Counted from the first letter of the stretch, positions 10,238 to 20,989 are shown. The stretch: DNA of 64,000 bases from Nitrospirota bacterium (GCA_963790025.1 CAWBMP010000004.1:64001-128000), one strand, 5' to 3'. A program made the numbers and translations. The notes: generated by a model not told the origin, from the sequence alone.

Positions 10238-13009
10238 TTAAAACTTTAAGAAATCAAATAGACTTTGATTTAAAACCTGCGATGAAATAGTCCGAAGTGC
10301 TGTAAGCGCCGCTTGTCGCTGCGTCAGATCGGTACTGACTTTGGCAATGTCCGTATCATCGGCATTCGATAAAAAAGTCTGTATATTAGTTGAAGTGTTA
10401 GTCTGATAAGTGGTTTCCGCAGTTAGTTCATTCTCCCTGGCCCCGACTAACGCCTGATTTTGGGAAACAATATCGGTCAAATCGTCCATGTATTTTATAG
10501 ACTGTCCGATACGCCCGCTATCATTGTTCAGAAGGGATTGGTTTTCGAAATTCAGCGCCCTGAGAACGTATTTATCATTGAGATAGTTGTTATTGAAACT
10601 GTAGTAGTTGGCCAATACAGAATTGTCGCTTTGAACAGATCCCCCGCCCGCCGCTATCCCGGAGTTGATTGTCATGGCGGGACTAAATCCTAATAGCTGT
10701 GCTGTTGTTGTATTCAAACTGTTCCATTGAAAAGTGACAGCCACACCTGTCGCATTAGTTTGAGCAATCTTGAATTTCATAGCATTGGGGTCGAAGGTAA
10801 CTGAATATGCGTTAGTATTGGCCCCATCAGGGTTAGCAGCACTATTAAGGGCATTTTGTATTGCCACAGCCAGTTGGTCCCTAGTATATGTACCGCGGGC
10901 AATGGCAACGGGCTGGGACGCAAACCCGGTTTCCTCCACAACGATTTTGTTATTTGCAATCCCGCCGGAAGTACCATCGCCTATTACTATACTATCGTTT
11001 GCCCCTGTCTGGGTAATATAATTGTAGTTTGTGATGTTTGTTCCCAGTGTCATATTTTGCGCCGTACTTTGATCATATGATAGCATATTAACGCCTGCAG
11101 CGGGCGGGCCTGATGAATCCGGAGCAAACCCGAACTGCTGCGGCTCGGCAGTGCCGCTGCCCGTGCCGGTCCACAAAATATTTACATTGTCTGTTGCATG
11201 ATTGTTCGTAATGGTCAAAGTGTTGTTTGCGTTCGCGGTAACGGTAAAGTTATTGCCGAATGCCGTCCCATTCAAGGCAGCCGCGACTTGCGGGGCAAGC
11301 TGGGCAACGGTATACGTGCCTGCCGCTATCGCCGGGGTCGTGTAGTTGACGCCGGTAGTCGCATCATTAAAGCCTATAGTAGTGCCTGCGCCGATAACAA
11401 CCGAGGGTGAGACAAGCCCCCCGGTCAGGGTGCCGCCACTTGATAATATGGTGCTCTCCGCTAGGCTTGGAGACGCCAAAACCTTGATATCGATGCTGGC
11501 CGAACTCCCGGCGGGGTCAGATGCAACAATGAGCCTGAAATCGGGGGTTATCGTTGTCCCTTCATTTACGACTTTCGCTTTTACGCCCAAGCCTGTAGTG
11601 TTTAATGCATCACTGACGTCTTGCAGGGTAGAGCCGGCAGCGAGATTTACATCACCAAGCACGTTATCGCTTGTAATGCCTGTAGTACTTAAATTTTGAG
11701 AAGCCGCTGAATCAAACCCGATTATATTCCTGGCGGTTGATTTGGAAAGATCGATGCTGTGCCCAGAACCGGCAATAGTGAATTTATGAGCCGCCCCACT
11801 ATAATTGAACGTCACCCCTGAAACCAAATTGGAAAGGGCCGCAGCAAGGCCCACTCCAGTATAAACATTGCTTGCTATGGTATATTGAGCACCATCAATA
11901 TTGATCTCATTATTTGAACTGTTGATAACAAACCCTCCGGTTGATGTCGTGCTGTTCGACCCGACATTAACCGATAAGGCGCCGCCATTTTGAGTAAAAA
12001 TATTATCGGACGCCGTAAAATTGCCGATCGTATTATCACTTTCAATATATCCGCTTGCCCCAATTGTCTGAGGGCCATTTGAGGTAAATCCAAGAGTTTG
12101 CTCTGCCTGCAGCGTTGTCGATTCCCAGTGTATTGTGGTCCCGGGGGCGGCGGTCATCTTAATTTTATTGGTAGCGGCATCATATGAAAATGTTACTCCT
12201 GATGCGGGTACGCTGGTATCATTATTAAGTTGTGTTGCCAGGGCCGCGGCGCTGGAATATGCTCCGGGAGTCAGGTTGTAAGTGTTGGCGCCTATTGTAA
12301 TTTTATCTCCTTGATTAATAGTATATATAGGAGCAGACGGCACAGTTGTCTCTAACGCAGATACAGGATCAGCATCAGGAATCGTATTGGCCCCGCCATT
12401 TGCCCAATTGTAGGCAGGCAGAATGCCAACTGCCGAATCCGTAGTATTCACACGCTGGAAGCTGAACAGGCTGCTTGCCGCAATATTGGTAGTGATATTA
12501 ATGCCGTTGGCTATGCCGACATTGACTGAATTATTATCGGAAACAGACTCGCCGGTGGTCGGATCTATGGGGTTTGTAGTCGACTTATATCCCGCGAAAA
12601 TGTACTTTCCGTCTACCTGCGTATTGGCAGTGCTGACAGCAGTGTCAAACAGTTGCTGGACCTGGTCCGATATCATGAGTCGCGTATTGGCGTTTTGCGT
12701 GCCGTTCGCTCCATTTATCGCAAGTGTGTTCGCACTGGCAAGGGTCTGGTTCAAGCCTGAGAGTGCCGTGTCCAGGGATTGTAAAGGGGACTTTGCGTCG
12801 GTCATCGCCTGCTGGTACTGTGCGATTTCGGATATTTGCGTCTGGTAGTCGACAACTTTCGTAAGTGCGGAAGGATCATCTGAAGGAAGACTGAGTCTTT
12901 TGCCGCTCGCAATCTGATCGGTATCCGTCAGTTCAGCCTGCAGGTTCTGCTGCAACCCGGTAAGAAATTGCTGATAAAATAATTGTGAAGTTATCGTCAT
13001 CATGCTCAT
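10238..13009 (-). CDS. flgL: Flagellar hook-associated protein 3, very large (923 aa)
   Basis: ASGKRLSLPSDDP, ANTQVDGKYIFAG, C-terminal DTDIA...SLFDFLKF; follows flgK. Confidence 0.92.
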   Translation of the reverse strand: MSMMTITSQLFYQQFLTGLQQNLQAELTDTDQIASGKRLSLPSDDPSALTKVVDYQTQISEIAQYQQAMTDAKSPLQSLDTALSGLNQTLASANTLAINGANGTQNANTRLMISDQVQQLFDTAVSTANTQVDGKYIFAGYKSTTNPIDPTTGESVSDNNSVNVGIANGINITTNIAASSLFSFQRVNTTDSAVGILPAYNWANGGANTIPDADPVSALETTVPSAPIYTINQGDKITIGANTYNLTPGAYSSAAALATQLNNDTSVPASGVTFSYDAATNKIKMTAAPGTTIHWESTTLQAEQTLGFTSNGPQTIGASGYIESDNTIGNFTASDNIFTQNGGALSVNVGSNSTTSTGGFVINSSNNEINIDGAQYTIASNVYTGVGLAAALSNLVSGVTFNYSGAAHKFTIAGSGHSIDLSKSTARNIIGFDSAASQNLSTTGITSDNVLGDVNLAAGSTLQDVSDALNTTGLGVKAKVVNEGTTITPDFRLIVASDPAGSSASIDIKVLASPSLAESTILSSGGTLTGGLVSPSVVIGAGTTIGFNDATTGVNYTTPAIAAGTYTVAQLAPQVAAALNGTAFGNNFTVTANANNTLTITNNHATDNVNILWTGTGSGTAEPQQFGFAPDSSGPPAAGVNMLSYDQSTAQNMTLGTNITNYNYITQTGANDSIVIGDGTSGGIANNKIVVEETGFASQPVAIARGTYTRDQLAVAIQNALNSAANPDGANTNAYSVTFDPNAMKFKIAQTNATGVAVTFQWNSLNTTTAQLLGFSPAMTINSGIAAGGGSVQSDNSVLANYYSFNNNYLNDKYVLRALNFENQSLLNNDSGRIGQSIKYMDDLTDIVSQNQALVGARENELTAETTYQTNTSTNIQTFLSNADDTDIAKVSTDLTQRQAALTALRTISSQVLNQSLFDFLKF

Positions 13010-15960
13010 GCCCCCCCGCTTCCAGGCTGCACTATCTGGAGAAGCGTTGTTAGAAGAGTGTTTGCAACCGTTATCATCTGGGCCGAGGCCTGATATAATT
13101 TCTGATACATTACCAGATTGGCAGCCTCGGTATCCAGGCTTACGCCCGAGACTTCAGATTGCCTTTGTGTAAGCTGGTCCACCAAATTACTCTCATATTT
13201 CTGGTTGTTATTTGCAGATGCAGAATCGACGCCCACATTAGAAACCAGGCTCATATAGAAATCGACCGGCGTTGTGCCGCCAAAAAAAGTTCCGCTTGCC
13301 AGGTTGGCAATGTTTGTCGCATTTCTGTTGTCGCCGGGGACGCCCTGGTTCGCGCTCAAGAGAACGGAGGCAGGGTTATCGCTCACAGCGGAGTCTCCGA
13401 CATTCGTTATTGTCGGCGAACTGCCGTTGCTGAAACCAAATAAAGACGCTGCCGTCGAGTTGCCCCATTGGAATTGAATCGGATCGGTTCCGTTAGTCTT
13501 AATGATCTTGAACTGTTTTGTATTCGGGTTGAATACAACGTTGACTGTATCAGGCAGCGTGCTTCCGGTGGCATTAGTATATGCTGTTTGGATCGCGGTC
13601 GACAATGCCGCAGATATATCATCCGTTGCACCGGCAGTGGGATCATTTGTATAAGAGCCCGTTGGAATGGTGGCGGTCACCTGCGTAGCAACGCCCCCAA
13701 CAGTTGCAGTGAAAGATACACTATTATTTGTGCTGTTGACAGCCCACATATCGGTAGAGGCCGCGACTTTATTAGGAGCGTCAATGACTGTCTTGATATC
13801 GCTCGCAGCATTTGGGTCCAACTGCACGTCGAAGGTTTCTCCGTTGGGGTTTATATTACTGCCTATCCCATTGCCGTCTATCTGGACCTTGATCCCTTCG
13901 AACTCAAGCGTTCTGGTGAAATATCCCGAAGAAGAAGGACTGGACTGATTATAGTCAGGGGTCAAATTGACCTCTGATTCGTTAATAGTCGCGGGGTTGG
14001 AAGAAACATAACTTGCATTTGGATCAAGCGTTGTCCAGGTGCTGCCATCCGTCGATTTCTGGACACGCCAAAAAATTGTGGAAACGCCTGCAGCAGTCGA
14101 AGGAGGATTGACTTCCGGCTGATATGCGCCGTAAGCAGCTGAGCTGGTCTGGCTGCCGCCTCCCGAAATACTTAGACTGCCTGAAGGAAAACCGAACATC
14201 TCCGGCGTTGCAGTACTGCCGGCCAGAAACATTTGCGCAGCGCCTCCTGTATTAGCGATAACAAATTGACCCGAGGCATTATATTTAGTGCCGGCGCCGT
14301 TTAGATTGGCATCTCCAGCCGCAGTTAAAGCCGCCTTCAAAGCCGTCACCAGACCGCTGGCGGAATAACTTCCTGCAGCGATGGTTGCGGTCTTATTGGC
14401 CCCCCCATCATTAAAAACTATAGTACTATTGGTTGAATTGATTACAAAGGCGTTGGGAACATTGCCGAAATTTGCAACTGCTGTGTCAACATAGTCAACC
14501 TTATATTGGGCCTGGCTATCAAGGCTGTTCACATTAGTAACGCTTACTGATGACAATTCAGTGCTGGCGCCTCCAGCTGAGCTGTTAAGGCTATTGGCAA
14601 GCAAATTGAGCCCCTCTCCTGCAACATCAGTAGTACTGACCCCGATCCTCACTTGTCCCAGATTCCCGTCCGGGTTTGACTTGATGCTTATCCTGTAATC
14701 ATGGGTCCCTGTGGGATCCAGATCAACCACTGACGCCGTCACTTTCGAGCCCGCTACTGAATTAATATCATTTACCACGTCATTAAGCGTCGCCCCGGCC
14801 GCCACATTAAACGTTGCAGGTGTCGTATCATTGTCCCCCAGCTTAATAGTTAACTGACCGCCATTTTTTGTAAATTGAAGCGTCGGCGACGTGAAAACAC
14901 CATTAGCGTTACTGCCGTCAGAGGTACCTGAACCGAGGGAGTTGGAGTTATACCGTGCCTGAGCAGTTAGTAGTTGAAAGAAATTACCTCCCTGCATGCC
15001 GTTGAGATCGTATCCCTGCTTCTGATAGTAATTGGTCGTGTCGGCAAGATCTATCGCAAAAGCATTCAGCTGATTAAGATAGGATGGTATTTGGGTATCT
15101 CTCAAGTCATAATTGGCTTTGAGCTGGCCGCCTGTGACCGAAGAAGTAACATCAGGATTCTCGGCGCTGCCTTGGGTCGCGCCTGGTATAAGGTCTACAT
15201 AAAAATGCATATTGTTAGCTGTGTCAGAGTTAACACTCAATTGATACGTATTTGTGCCTTGAACAAGGGAGGCGCCGCCGATCATGACCGTAAGATTTCC
15301 AGCATTATCACTAAAAGTTGAAACTTTTATAATCGAATTCAGATTCTGCACAAGGGTGTCGCGCTGGTCCTGAAGATCCAGTGCTCCGGGGCTTGCTGCA
15401 ATCTCTGCATTTAAATTCGCAATTTGAGCGGTATCGGAATTCACTTGAGTGGCAAGTGACTGGCTGTCTGACAACAATTGGGTCCTCTCGTTTTGGAGCG
15501 AAGCAGAAGCCGAGTTCAAACGGGAACTGAGATTATTTGCATCCGTAAGAAGAGTTGCACGCTGCGCATCGTCCACTGGACTTTGCGCAACATTCTGCCA
15601 GTCAGAAAAAAATGTCGTTATGACAGGGCTTATGCCGGTAGTGGATGTCTCGTTAAAAACATTTTCGACCGGTGCGATGCCTGTCTGATAATTGTTCCAG
15701 TAAGAAAGGTTTGAATTCTCAGTGTTGAGCTGCGAAGCTACAAATGAGTTATAAGCCCTTTGTATATCAGTGATCTGGACCCCGTTGCCGGAAGTTCCTG
15801 TTGAGGTTATTAAAGCTGAGGGGATGGCCTGCACAGTCGCTTCCTGACAGGAATAGCCAGGGGTATTTTGATTGGCGATATTATGTGCCGTAATGTTAAG
15901 TAACTGGGTTGTACTTTGTAGCCCGGTCAAGCCGATATTGAACAAACTGGAAATAGACAT
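13006..15960 (-). CDS. flgK: Flagellar hook-associated protein 1, very large (984 aa)
   Basis: AHNIANQNTPGYS, DLQDQRD, GDNRNA, VSGVSLDTEAANLVMYQKLYQASA. Confidence 0.94.
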   Translation of the reverse strand: MSISSLFNIGLTGLQSTTQLLNITAHNIANQNTPGYSCQEATVQAIPSALITSTGTSGNGVQITDIQRAYNSFVASQLNTENSNLSYWNNYQTGIAPVENVFNETSTTGISPVITTFFSDWQNVAQSPVDDAQRATLLTDANNLSSRLNSASASLQNERTQLLSDSQSLATQVNSDTAQIANLNAEIAASPGALDLQDQRDTLVQNLNSIIKVSTFSDNAGNLTVMIGGASLVQGTNTYQLSVNSDTANNMHFYVDLIPGATQGSAENPDVTSSVTGGQLKANYDLRDTQIPSYLNQLNAFAIDLADTTNYYQKQGYDLNGMQGGNFFQLLTAQARYNSNSLGSGTSDGSNANGVFTSPTLQFTKNGGQLTIKLGDNDTTPATFNVAAGATLNDVVNDINSVAGSKVTASVVDLDPTGTHDYRISIKSNPDGNLGQVRIGVSTTDVAGEGLNLLANSLNSSAGGASTELSSVSVTNVNSLDSQAQYKVDYVDTAVANFGNVPNAFVINSTNSTIVFNDGGANKTATIAAGSYSASGLVTALKAALTAAGDANLNGAGTKYNASGQFVIANTGGAAQMFLAGSTATPEMFGFPSGSLSISGGGSQTSSAAYGAYQPEVNPPSTAAGVSTIFWRVQKSTDGSTWTTLDPNASYVSSNPATINESEVNLTPDYNQSSPSSSGYFTRTLEFEGIKVQIDGNGIGSNINPNGETFDVQLDPNAASDIKTVIDAPNKVAASTDMWAVNSTNNSVSFTATVGGVATQVTATIPTGSYTNDPTAGATDDISAALSTAIQTAYTNATGSTLPDTVNVVFNPNTKQFKIIKTNGTDPIQFQWGNSTAASLFGFSNGSSPTITNVGDSAVSDNPASVLLSANQGVPGDNRNATNIANLASGTFFGGTTPVDFYMSLVSNVGVDSASANNNQKYESNLVDQLTQRQSEVSGVSLDTEAANLVMYQKLYQASAQMITVANTLLTTLLQIVQPGSGGA

Positions 15961-16404
15961 TTACACCTCCAGTGATACTCTCTGACGCGCGGTTACACCA
16001 AAAGTGTTAAGGAAGTTGTAAGAGGTTCTGATGTAATAAAGCGATTTTTCAATTAATTTACCGTTAAGTTTATTGAGTTCAGTGATGCTCTGAATAACCG
16101 ACGTAAATTTCGATGCAATATCACTAAGCCGTTGTTTGTAATCATCAGCTGCAACTGCCGCAACCTGTGATATCGTCTTTTCTTTGAAACCGAGGTGATT
16201 GAGCAATCTTTCACGCGCTTCTTCGCACATCCTTATGTTGGATGTCACTGTGTCCTTGTCAGAAAGCAGTTCTTCAAGCGCTAACATATCAAGACTAACA
16301 ATGACATCCTTTTCCTTCTGCATAAGTCCAACAAGTTGAACGCAAAGAGAAAATTCTTTTTCCAGGACATCAATAAGTTCTTCATATAATTGAATCAATG
16401 ACAA
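15961..16404 (-). CDS. flgN: Flagellar export chaperone
   Basis: Helical 147 aa with LNKLNGKLI, between flgM and flgK. Confidence 0.85.
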   Translation of the reverse strand: MSLIQLYEELIDVLEKEFSLCVQLVGLMQKEKDVIVSLDMLALEELLSDKDTVTSNIRMCEEARERLLNHLGFKEKTISQVAAVAADDYKQRLSDIASKFTSVIQSITELNKLNGKLIEKSLYYIRTSYNFLNTFGVTARQRVSLEV

Positions 16405-16681
16405 CCTCCTTTAACATCTTTCCGGCTACAGTTTCGCCTCTGACATTGTAAGTACCTGTATTTATTGCATTTTGTACGTCATTCACACGGTCCGGCCTAA
16501 TGTCCGGGAGTTTACTCACTTCGGCCTGCAGTCTCCCTATTTCCCTCGCCTGACCGGAAACCGAAACCTGGTCCTGAGGCATAATCTCGCTGCTATTACC
16601 CGATGCTTTTTCCTTCGTCTTATCAGGTAGTTGCATGCCTGCACCTGCAATATCAACACTGTCTGTAATCCTCATTTCCAT
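16382..16681 (-). CDS. flgM: Anti-sigma28 factor
   Basis: DQVSVS...PDIRPDRV...AINTGTYNV...VAGKML. Confidence 0.9.
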   Translation of the reverse strand: MEMRITDSVDIAGAGMQLPDKTKEKASGNSSEIMPQDQVSVSGQAREIGRLQAEVSKLPDIRPDRVNDVQNAINTGTYNVRGETVAGKMLKEVVIDSII

Positions 16682-16725
16682 TACCCCCCAATATTTTGTC
16701 GTATCTATATACGTATACGCTTACT

Positions 16726-16752
16726 ATATCGGGGAATTTACTAAAATATTAA
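16726..16752 (-). promoter_or_regulatory. Sigma28 promoter of flgM-flgN-flgKL
   Basis: TTAA-N15-CCCGATAT. Confidence 0.7.
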
Positions 16753-17138
16753 CCCGTCACGCCTGATTTGGATATAGTATTGTTTTTATTCATTAGTCCT
16801 CCCGTTTTTTGATCAATTGTTTGTAACCCATTGCCCTTCAGGAAGAAGTCTCCCAGACCTATCCCTCCTCGTTCAGCCAAAGACGTCGAGAGCTCCGACG
16901 TTATGGCAGGTAAAAAGGTGGAAACAGTTCTGTCTTGCCCAAAGGATGTCTGCTCCATCATAATTCTCATCAATTCATTCAGAAATACCGTTTCAATTTG
17001 TTTCGCGGCTATTGTGGCATCAGACTTCCCGGCGCCCTGTGTTGCAGGCTGTGCAGGAACGTCTGTCGGCTTGCCAACCTGCCAGCCTGCAAGCTTGTCA
17101 GCTTGTAACATATTGATATTATGTTCTATCCCACTCAC
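16749..17138 (-). CDS. flgJ: Short rod-binding protein (no muramidase domain)
   Basis: AAKQIETVFLNELMRIM...GGIGLG, downstream of flgI. Confidence 0.75.
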   Translation of the reverse strand: MSGIEHNINMLQADKLAGWQVGKPTDVPAQPATQGAGKSDATIAAKQIETVFLNELMRIMMEQTSFGQDRTVSTFLPAITSELSTSLAERGGIGLGDFFLKGNGLQTIDQKTGGLMNKNNTISKSGVTG

Positions 17139-18412
17139 ATTAGCACCAGATCTGCCTTGAGACTTCCGGCAGCCTTGATGGCTTGCAGTATTGCTACAAG
17201 ATCCCTGGGAGTAACGCCCAGGGCATTCAATCCCTTCACAAGCTCTCCGATAGTAGAGCCTTTTACCTGCACTAAATTCGTCTTTTTTTCCTCGACAGTT
17301 ACCTGTTTTTGAGGTATAACGACAGTCTTCGCACCTGCCGGCGCAAAGGGAGGAGGCTGTGAAACCTGATAATCCGTGTTAATTACTATGGTCAGTGAGC
17401 CGTGAGCGAGAGCAACAGGGCTGATCGTAACATTTTCTCCGATAACAACAGTACCGGTCCGCTCATTAATGATCACCCTGGCAGGGGTGTCTATAGTAAC
17501 ATTCAGCATTTCGACAGTTGAGATCAGGTCCACTACTTTATCGGCAAAGGCGTCAGGGACAATCAACGACACCTCTGATGGCCCTTCGGCTTTTGCAAAA
17601 ATACCTCCGAGGTGCTCATTAATTTTATTGGCAACCCTGGTAGCAGTTTCGAAATCCTGCATGTTAAGCAAAAGATCAAGACTGTTCCTCCGGTTTAACT
17701 GCACAGGAACCTCTCTTTCAACTATGGCGCCGTTAGGCACTGTTCCGACATTAGGATGGTTCTTAATCGTCTGTGTGCCGCCGCCCCCAGCCAAAAAACC
17801 TCCGATTGATACTGGTCCCTGTGCCACCGCATAGACATTATCATCAAGTCCCTTGAGAGGGGCTGCCAGAAGCGTCCCTCCCTGCAAACTCGATGAATCC
17901 CCGATCGAAGAGACCTGGACGTCGATTTTTCCGCCGGGCATGATCATCGTGGGAAGCTTCGCCGTAACAATGACCGCAGCAACATTCTTGGTTTTACCTT
18001 TTACATCGCCGGGGTTCACATTAATACCCATCTTGGCAAGCATATTGGCAACGGGCTGATAATAATATGTTCCGTCCCTGTCTCCCGTTCCGTGAAGACC
18101 CACAACAAGACCATATCCGATAAGATCATTCTCCCTCACGCCTGAAAATGCAGCTATGTCCTTTATACGCTCAGCATATGCTTCAGTAGGAAAAAAGCAT
18201 GAAAAACAAATTGTTAATGACAAAAGGCTAAAGGGCAAAGACCGTAATAGAGATAGACTTCTTAATGTTTTCCTGATCGAACCTTTAGCCTTCAGCCATT
18301 CGTCTTTTGCCGATTTATATATGAACATCTGCTTTTTACCACCCTTCATAATGTCTTCCTTTAACCTTTTACCTTTAACTATTTGTTTTACCTTTTTTAT
18401 CAGAACGGCCAA
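17135..18412 (-). CDS. flgI: Flagellar P-ring protein (start uncertain, possibly 18349)
   Basis: RIKDIA...GVRENDLIGYGLVVGL, SLQGGTLL, INERTGTVV, ILQAIKAAG. Confidence 0.95.
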   Translation of the reverse strand: MAVLIKKVKQIVKGKRLKEDIMKGGKKQMFIYKSAKDEWLKAKGSIRKTLRSLSLLRSLPFSLLSLTICFSCFFPTEAYAERIKDIAAFSGVRENDLIGYGLVVGLHGTGDRDGTYYYQPVANMLAKMGINVNPGDVKGKTKNVAAVIVTAKLPTMIMPGGKIDVQVSSIGDSSSLQGGTLLAAPLKGLDDNVYAVAQGPVSIGGFLAGGGGTQTIKNHPNVGTVPNGAIVEREVPVQLNRRNSLDLLLNMQDFETATRVANKINEHLGGIFAKAEGPSEVSLIVPDAFADKVVDLISTVEMLNVTIDTPARVIINERTGTVVIGENVTISPVALAHGSLTIVINTDYQVSQPPPFAPAGAKTVVIPQKQVTVEEKKTNLVQVKGSTIGELVKGLNALGVTPRDLVAILQAIKAAGSLKADLVLM

Positions 18413-19170
18413 ACTTTGTCCATTACGTTTAATAGCCAGCCTTGTGACTGCTTGTTATCAAGCTCGCCTTCACCAACTATGTATATCTTGGCGTCGGCCA
18501 CCTGCTGGGAAGCGATTGTATTAATAGCAGAGATATCCTCCGGCCGTATTATGCCCCGCACAACTATGATCTCCTTATCATTATTTATTATTGTTTCTTT
18601 TCTGGATTCGAGCACCAGGTTCCCGTTAGGAAGCACTTCTATCACCTTCGCGCCAATCGAAGCGGTAATAGTTCCTGTTCTTGCAGTGTCACCCTCCCCT
18701 TTCAAAGAAGTAGTTCCAGATCCCGAAAGACCGGTCTGCAGGTTCTTTACCGGGAATGAATAACCGGCCAGTCCCAAAGCGTTCGTCATGCTGTCGTTAA
18801 CAGAAGATGCGCGGCTGCTGTTCGTTGTCGCCTTATTTTGTGCTGTCGTAGTTTCAGTGATAAGAATGGTAACGATGTCATTAACCCGCCTCGCTCGCTG
18901 GTCTTCATAGAGCGACGCCCTGTCGGCCCAAAGAGAGCCTTCGCCTGTGTATGATTCTTTTTCTTTTGTGTGAACGTATTTTGGAGGCATGGGCTCATCC
19001 TTGATCTCACGCGCCTCCTTCAAACCGGAACAACCAAAAAGCAACAGAAGGCTAAAGGTTAAGGGTATAAGGTGAAAGGGAAAACAAACTTCCCTTCCAT
19101 ATTTCGCCTTTTGTCTTTTCTCTTCTGTTATTAACCTTTTACCTTTCACCATTGACCTTCCACCTTTCAT
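18400..19170 (-). CDS. flgH: Flagellar L-ring lipoprotein
   Basis: Lipobox LLFGC, GSLW, EVLPNGNL, GIIRPEDI, VADAKI, VWPF. Confidence 0.95.
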   Translation of the reverse strand: MKGGRSMVKGKRLITEEKRQKAKYGREVCFPFHLIPLTFSLLLLFGCSGLKEAREIKDEPMPPKYVHTKEKESYTGEGSLWADRASLYEDQRARRVNDIVTILITETTTAQNKATTNSSRASSVNDSMTNALGLAGYSFPVKNLQTGLSGSGTTSLKGEGDTARTGTITASIGAKVIEVLPNGNLVLESRKETIINNDKEIIVVRGIIRPEDISAINTIASQQVADAKIYIVGEGELDNKQSQGWLLNVMDKVWPF

Positions 19171-19991
19171 ATTTTTACTTTTACTGTATCCGCCGAGACA
19201 AGTATTCCGCTGACCTCTTTCTTTTTAGAATCAAGAAGGACCCGTGCCACCCCGCCCACTACGGCATCATGATTCAGCACCCCTCGTGTAGAAATCTGCA
19301 TGCTTGCTCCTTCGACAAGAACTATTACTTCCCGGCCCTTTTTAATGTTCGATGTGTTGATAAAATTGTCAGACCGAAGTATTACGCCCTGCGCAATATT
19401 AGACTTAAGTTTCCTGCCTTTGATCTCACTTATATCAGTTATCGCACCCGACGGCAGTCTTGAATTCTTTTGTTTCACGGTATAGACATCCTCTTCAGTA
19501 ATGATCGTGTTGCTCGATATGGGCTTTGCAGCAACAAAAATATCTGTAAGGACGTCATATGCCGCTTCCACCCGCACTTTGAAAACCATTTGCCTGTCGT
19601 CATAAAGAGACACCAGATAGACGATTTTATTGCGGCCATTATATCCGTCCATTGCTATATTACGAACCGTGTAACTTTTGTCTTCATCCAGAGTGTCAAG
19701 GCCTTTTAGAATTCTTATTCCGTCAAGCTCAACGTTTGCAGAGACGGTGCGTACGAGCTCGGTCATAACAGCTTGCTTTATTGTGTCCATAACTTGCGGC
19801 CTGGCAGCAGCCAGAACAACAGCAGGCAGAAAAAAAGTAAGCAGTAAGCAGAAGGCAGTATGCAGAAAAATAGCAGGCCGTAGGGAGTAAGTAGTACGAA
19901 ACAAAGAAGAAAAAGAAGAATCTCGGATTCCCTGCTGCGCGGGAATGACAGTCAAACGTTTTTCAAAACTTTTGACGAGCTCGACCTTCAT
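19167..19991 (-). CDS. flgA: P-ring formation chaperone
   Basis: Signal peptide, SAF-like C-terminal half, position between flgG and flgH. Confidence 0.85.
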   Translation of the reverse strand: MKVELVKSFEKRLTVIPAQQGIRDSSFSSLFRTTYSLRPAIFLHTAFCLLLTFFLPAVVLAAARPQVMDTIKQAVMTELVRTVSANVELDGIRILKGLDTLDEDKSYTVRNIAMDGYNGRNKIVYLVSLYDDRQMVFKVRVEAAYDVLTDIFVAAKPISSNTIITEEDVYTVKQKNSRLPSGAITDISEIKGRKLKSNIAQGVILRSDNFINTSNIKKGREVIVLVEGASMQISTRGVLNHDAVVGGVARVLLDSKKKEVSGILVSADTVKVKI

Positions 19992-20076
19992 CGGTTATTC
20001 TCCTTTTTCCCTGCTTCTTACTGTCTCTTGCCTTCTGCTTACGGCTCACTACTTACCGGCTTCTGCTTATTTTTTT

Positions 20077-20865
20077 TTACGATTTCATCGCTGCGGTGGT
20101 CTGCAGCATCTGGTCGGATGCCTGGACCGCTTTTGAATTCATGTCAAAGGCCCGTTGTGCTGTGATAAGATTTGCAAGTTCCTGGACCACATTGACATTT
20201 GAGTTTTCAAGAAATCCCTGGCTTATATCGCCAAACCCTTCGGCATCTGGAGTACCTGTTATGGGGTCGCCTGAAGAATCAGTGGCGAGAAATAAATTTT
20301 TACCGATGGCCTGCAGCCCTCCGGGATTTATGAAGCGTGCCAAGGTGATCTGACCTGCCTGTGCCGGTTGTGTTTGTCCTGCTGATAGTATATTGACAAT
20401 GCCGTCATAGGTCACTGTTACTTTTGTGGCGGTTGTAGGGATCTGGACCCCTGGGGAAAGAAGGTAACCATCGGGGTTCACAATATTTCCATCTTTATCG
20501 AGGCTGAAATTGCCTGCCTTTGTATACGCAGTGGTACCGTCAGGCCTTTGGAGCTGGAAAAACCCGTCACCCTCAATCACAAGATCAAGATCGTTCCCTG
20601 TATTTATAAAGTCTCCCTGGGTAAAAAGCTTTTGTACTGCCACAGGTTTTACGCCGAGTCCGACCTGAATGCCGGAAGGCACCTGCATCCCTGTTTCAGA
20701 CGGTGCCCCGGGAGCCCTCAACTGCTGATATAACAGGTCTTCAAACTCTGCCCGACCGGCTTTATAACCAGTCGTATTGACATTCGCAATGTTGTTGGAT
20801 ATAACATCAACATTCAACTGCTGGGCTTCCATCCCGGTTGCTGCTGTAAAAAGCGATCTGATCAT
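20077..20865 (-). CDS. flgG: Distal rod protein
   Basis: SNNIANVNTTGYK, FEDLLYQ, LENSNVNVVQE. Confidence 0.96.
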   Translation of the reverse strand: MIRSLFTAATGMEAQQLNVDVISNNIANVNTTGYKAGRAEFEDLLYQQLRAPGAPSETGMQVPSGIQVGLGVKPVAVQKLFTQGDFINTGNDLDLVIEGDGFFQLQRPDGTTAYTKAGNFSLDKDGNIVNPDGYLLSPGVQIPTTATKVTVTYDGIVNILSAGQTQPAQAGQITLARFINPGGLQAIGKNLFLATDSSGDPITGTPDAEGFGDISQGFLENSNVNVVQELANLITAQRAFDMNSKAVQASDQMLQTTAAMKS

Positions 20866-20885
20866 AAAACCTCCAATTTAGTCTA

Positions 20886-20983
20886 ACGGCAAAAGGGTAA
20901 AGGCCAAAGGAAACAGATAAGAAATAAACATCAAAAATCTTCCACTTCTTCCGCCTTTAGCCATCAGCCCTTTGCCCTTTGCG
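20886..20983. repeat. Heptamer tandem-repeat inverted element
   Basis: AAAGGGT AAAGGCC AAAGG arm and GCCTTTA GCCATCA GCCCTTT GCCCTTT arm. Confidence 0.75.
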
Positions 20984-20989
20984 ATTTTT

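Noticed and set aside
10238..15960. Diversity-generating retroelement or inversion system acting on flgK/flgL
   Set aside because: No reverse transcriptase, recombinase or near-identical DNA repeat pair; the similarity is only at protein level.
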